Assembly: GCA_003152485.1 (NCBI GenBank)
Contig: PMAE01000041.1
Location: 20,235 to 84,234 of the forward strand
Direction of reading: 5' to 3'
From: Gemmatimonadota bacterium
Lineage (GTDB): Bacteria > Gemmatimonadota > Gemmatimonadetes > Gemmatimonadales > Gemmatimonadaceae
DNA: 64,000 nt
The translations under genes and the position numbers were made by a program. The notes below the pieces were generated by a model, which saw nothing but the letters and a program-made list of their open reading frames with translations, made no database searches and was not told where the DNA came from. Position 1 is the first letter of the stretch. Every line of letters begins with the position of its first letter. This document shows, in pieces, positions 63,445-64,000 of the stretch.

Positions 63445-64000
63445 TTAGGGAGCCCTGCGCCAGGACGCGGTGGGCTCCCCTGCTGGCGCGTCCTTCGCGA
63501 TCTGCGCCGCCATCTCGCGCAGTAGATCGGCGTTCGTCATCGGTTGCCACCCGTGACCCTTCATCGGCCGCCCGTATCGGAAGTCGCCCGCGTAGTAGGG
63601 ATTCTTCGTCGCCGAAAGGAAGTCCTCCATCATGTAGACCGCGGGCGCGAGGTAGAAATCGTCCATGTCGCCCGTGAGGATGTGCAGCTTCCCGACGAGC
63701 TGAGGTCCAATCCGCGGCCAGTTCTGCTCCGCGTAGTAGCGCAGGTCGTAGCCATGGTCGCGCATGTACGTCGAGACGGTGTGATCGATCACGCCCGTCC
63801 GGAAGTCGAACAGCTGACGCGGATACCCGTCGTCACCGACCGGGCCGTAGGTGGCGTTCCAGATGTCGAGCTGCGCAGCCGAGCGGCCATGCGTCCCGGA
63901 GGCCAATTCCATCTGCGCGATCGACCGCATCGCGGCGACGGGCTGCGCTTCCGGCGACTGCTGCATCATCCGCTCGGGCGCGCCGGGCGCCGCGTTTGGC
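63445..64000 (-). CDS. C-terminal part of a larger protein, open at the window edge, function not assigned
   Basis: The frame stays open from 63445 to position 64000 (...PNAAPGAPERMMQQSPEAQP...). The composition is coding-like. Confidence 0.55.
   Translation of the reverse strand, partial: PNAAPGAPERMMQQSPEAQPVAAMRSIAQMELASGTHGRSAAQLDIWNATYGPVGDDGYPRQLFDFRTGVIDHTVSTYMRDHGYDLRYYAEQNWPRIGPQLVGKLHILTGDMDDFYLAPAVYMMEDFLSATKNPYYAGDFRYGRPMKGHGWQPMTNADLLREMAAQIAKDAPAGEPTASWRRAP

Overview
High-GC bacterial chromosomal DNA (hand counts on typical 60-nt lines give about two-thirds G+C). The gene content suggests a Gemmatimonadota/Acidobacteriota-like soil bacterium, which is inference only. It includes a Ser/Thr kinase with a TolB_N-like module plus TPRs, an LVIVD propeller, TolB-propeller S9 peptidases, an AgmX/PglI-type Pro/Ala-rich protein, an ABC-2 permease::M1 aminopeptidase fusion and many NTF2/SnoaL/DUF4440 paralogs. 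I can support about 55 CDS. I found no rRNA, no intact tRNA, no CRISPR and no intact mobile element. Layout: (i) 1-5.6 kb is an AT-richer mosaic of intact and truncated genes: an orphan CheB domain, a DGPF + ECF42-type sigma pair, an N-truncated RES toxin, DsbA and DUF4440 fragments, and an IS3 OrfA stub running into a tRNA-Phe 3' half. It is probably a decayed island edge. (ii) 9.5-19 kb holds a kinase locus and an ABC ATPase / ABC-2::M1 peptidase / GT1 operon. (iii) 21.7-26.4 kb holds an NtrC-type sigma54 two-component system bracketed by two sigma54-like promoters. One promoter precedes an unannotated 23-codon pqqA gene, with no pqqBCDE anywhere in the window. The regulator gene itself is preceded by six 14-bp tandem repeats that form a chain of ATGA-coupled 5-codon mini-ORFs. 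(iv) 26.4-43 kb holds assorted enzymes, including two notable fusions. (v) 43.4-50.5 kb holds a second sigma54 two-component operon with candidate targets. (vi) 51.6-64 kb holds VapBC, an ECF sigma factor, a GNAT-NSAR-M20 cluster and a multicopper-oxidase cluster. Short stubs of lost genes sit in several spacers. All functional calls come from motif recognition by eye. No database search or computation was run.
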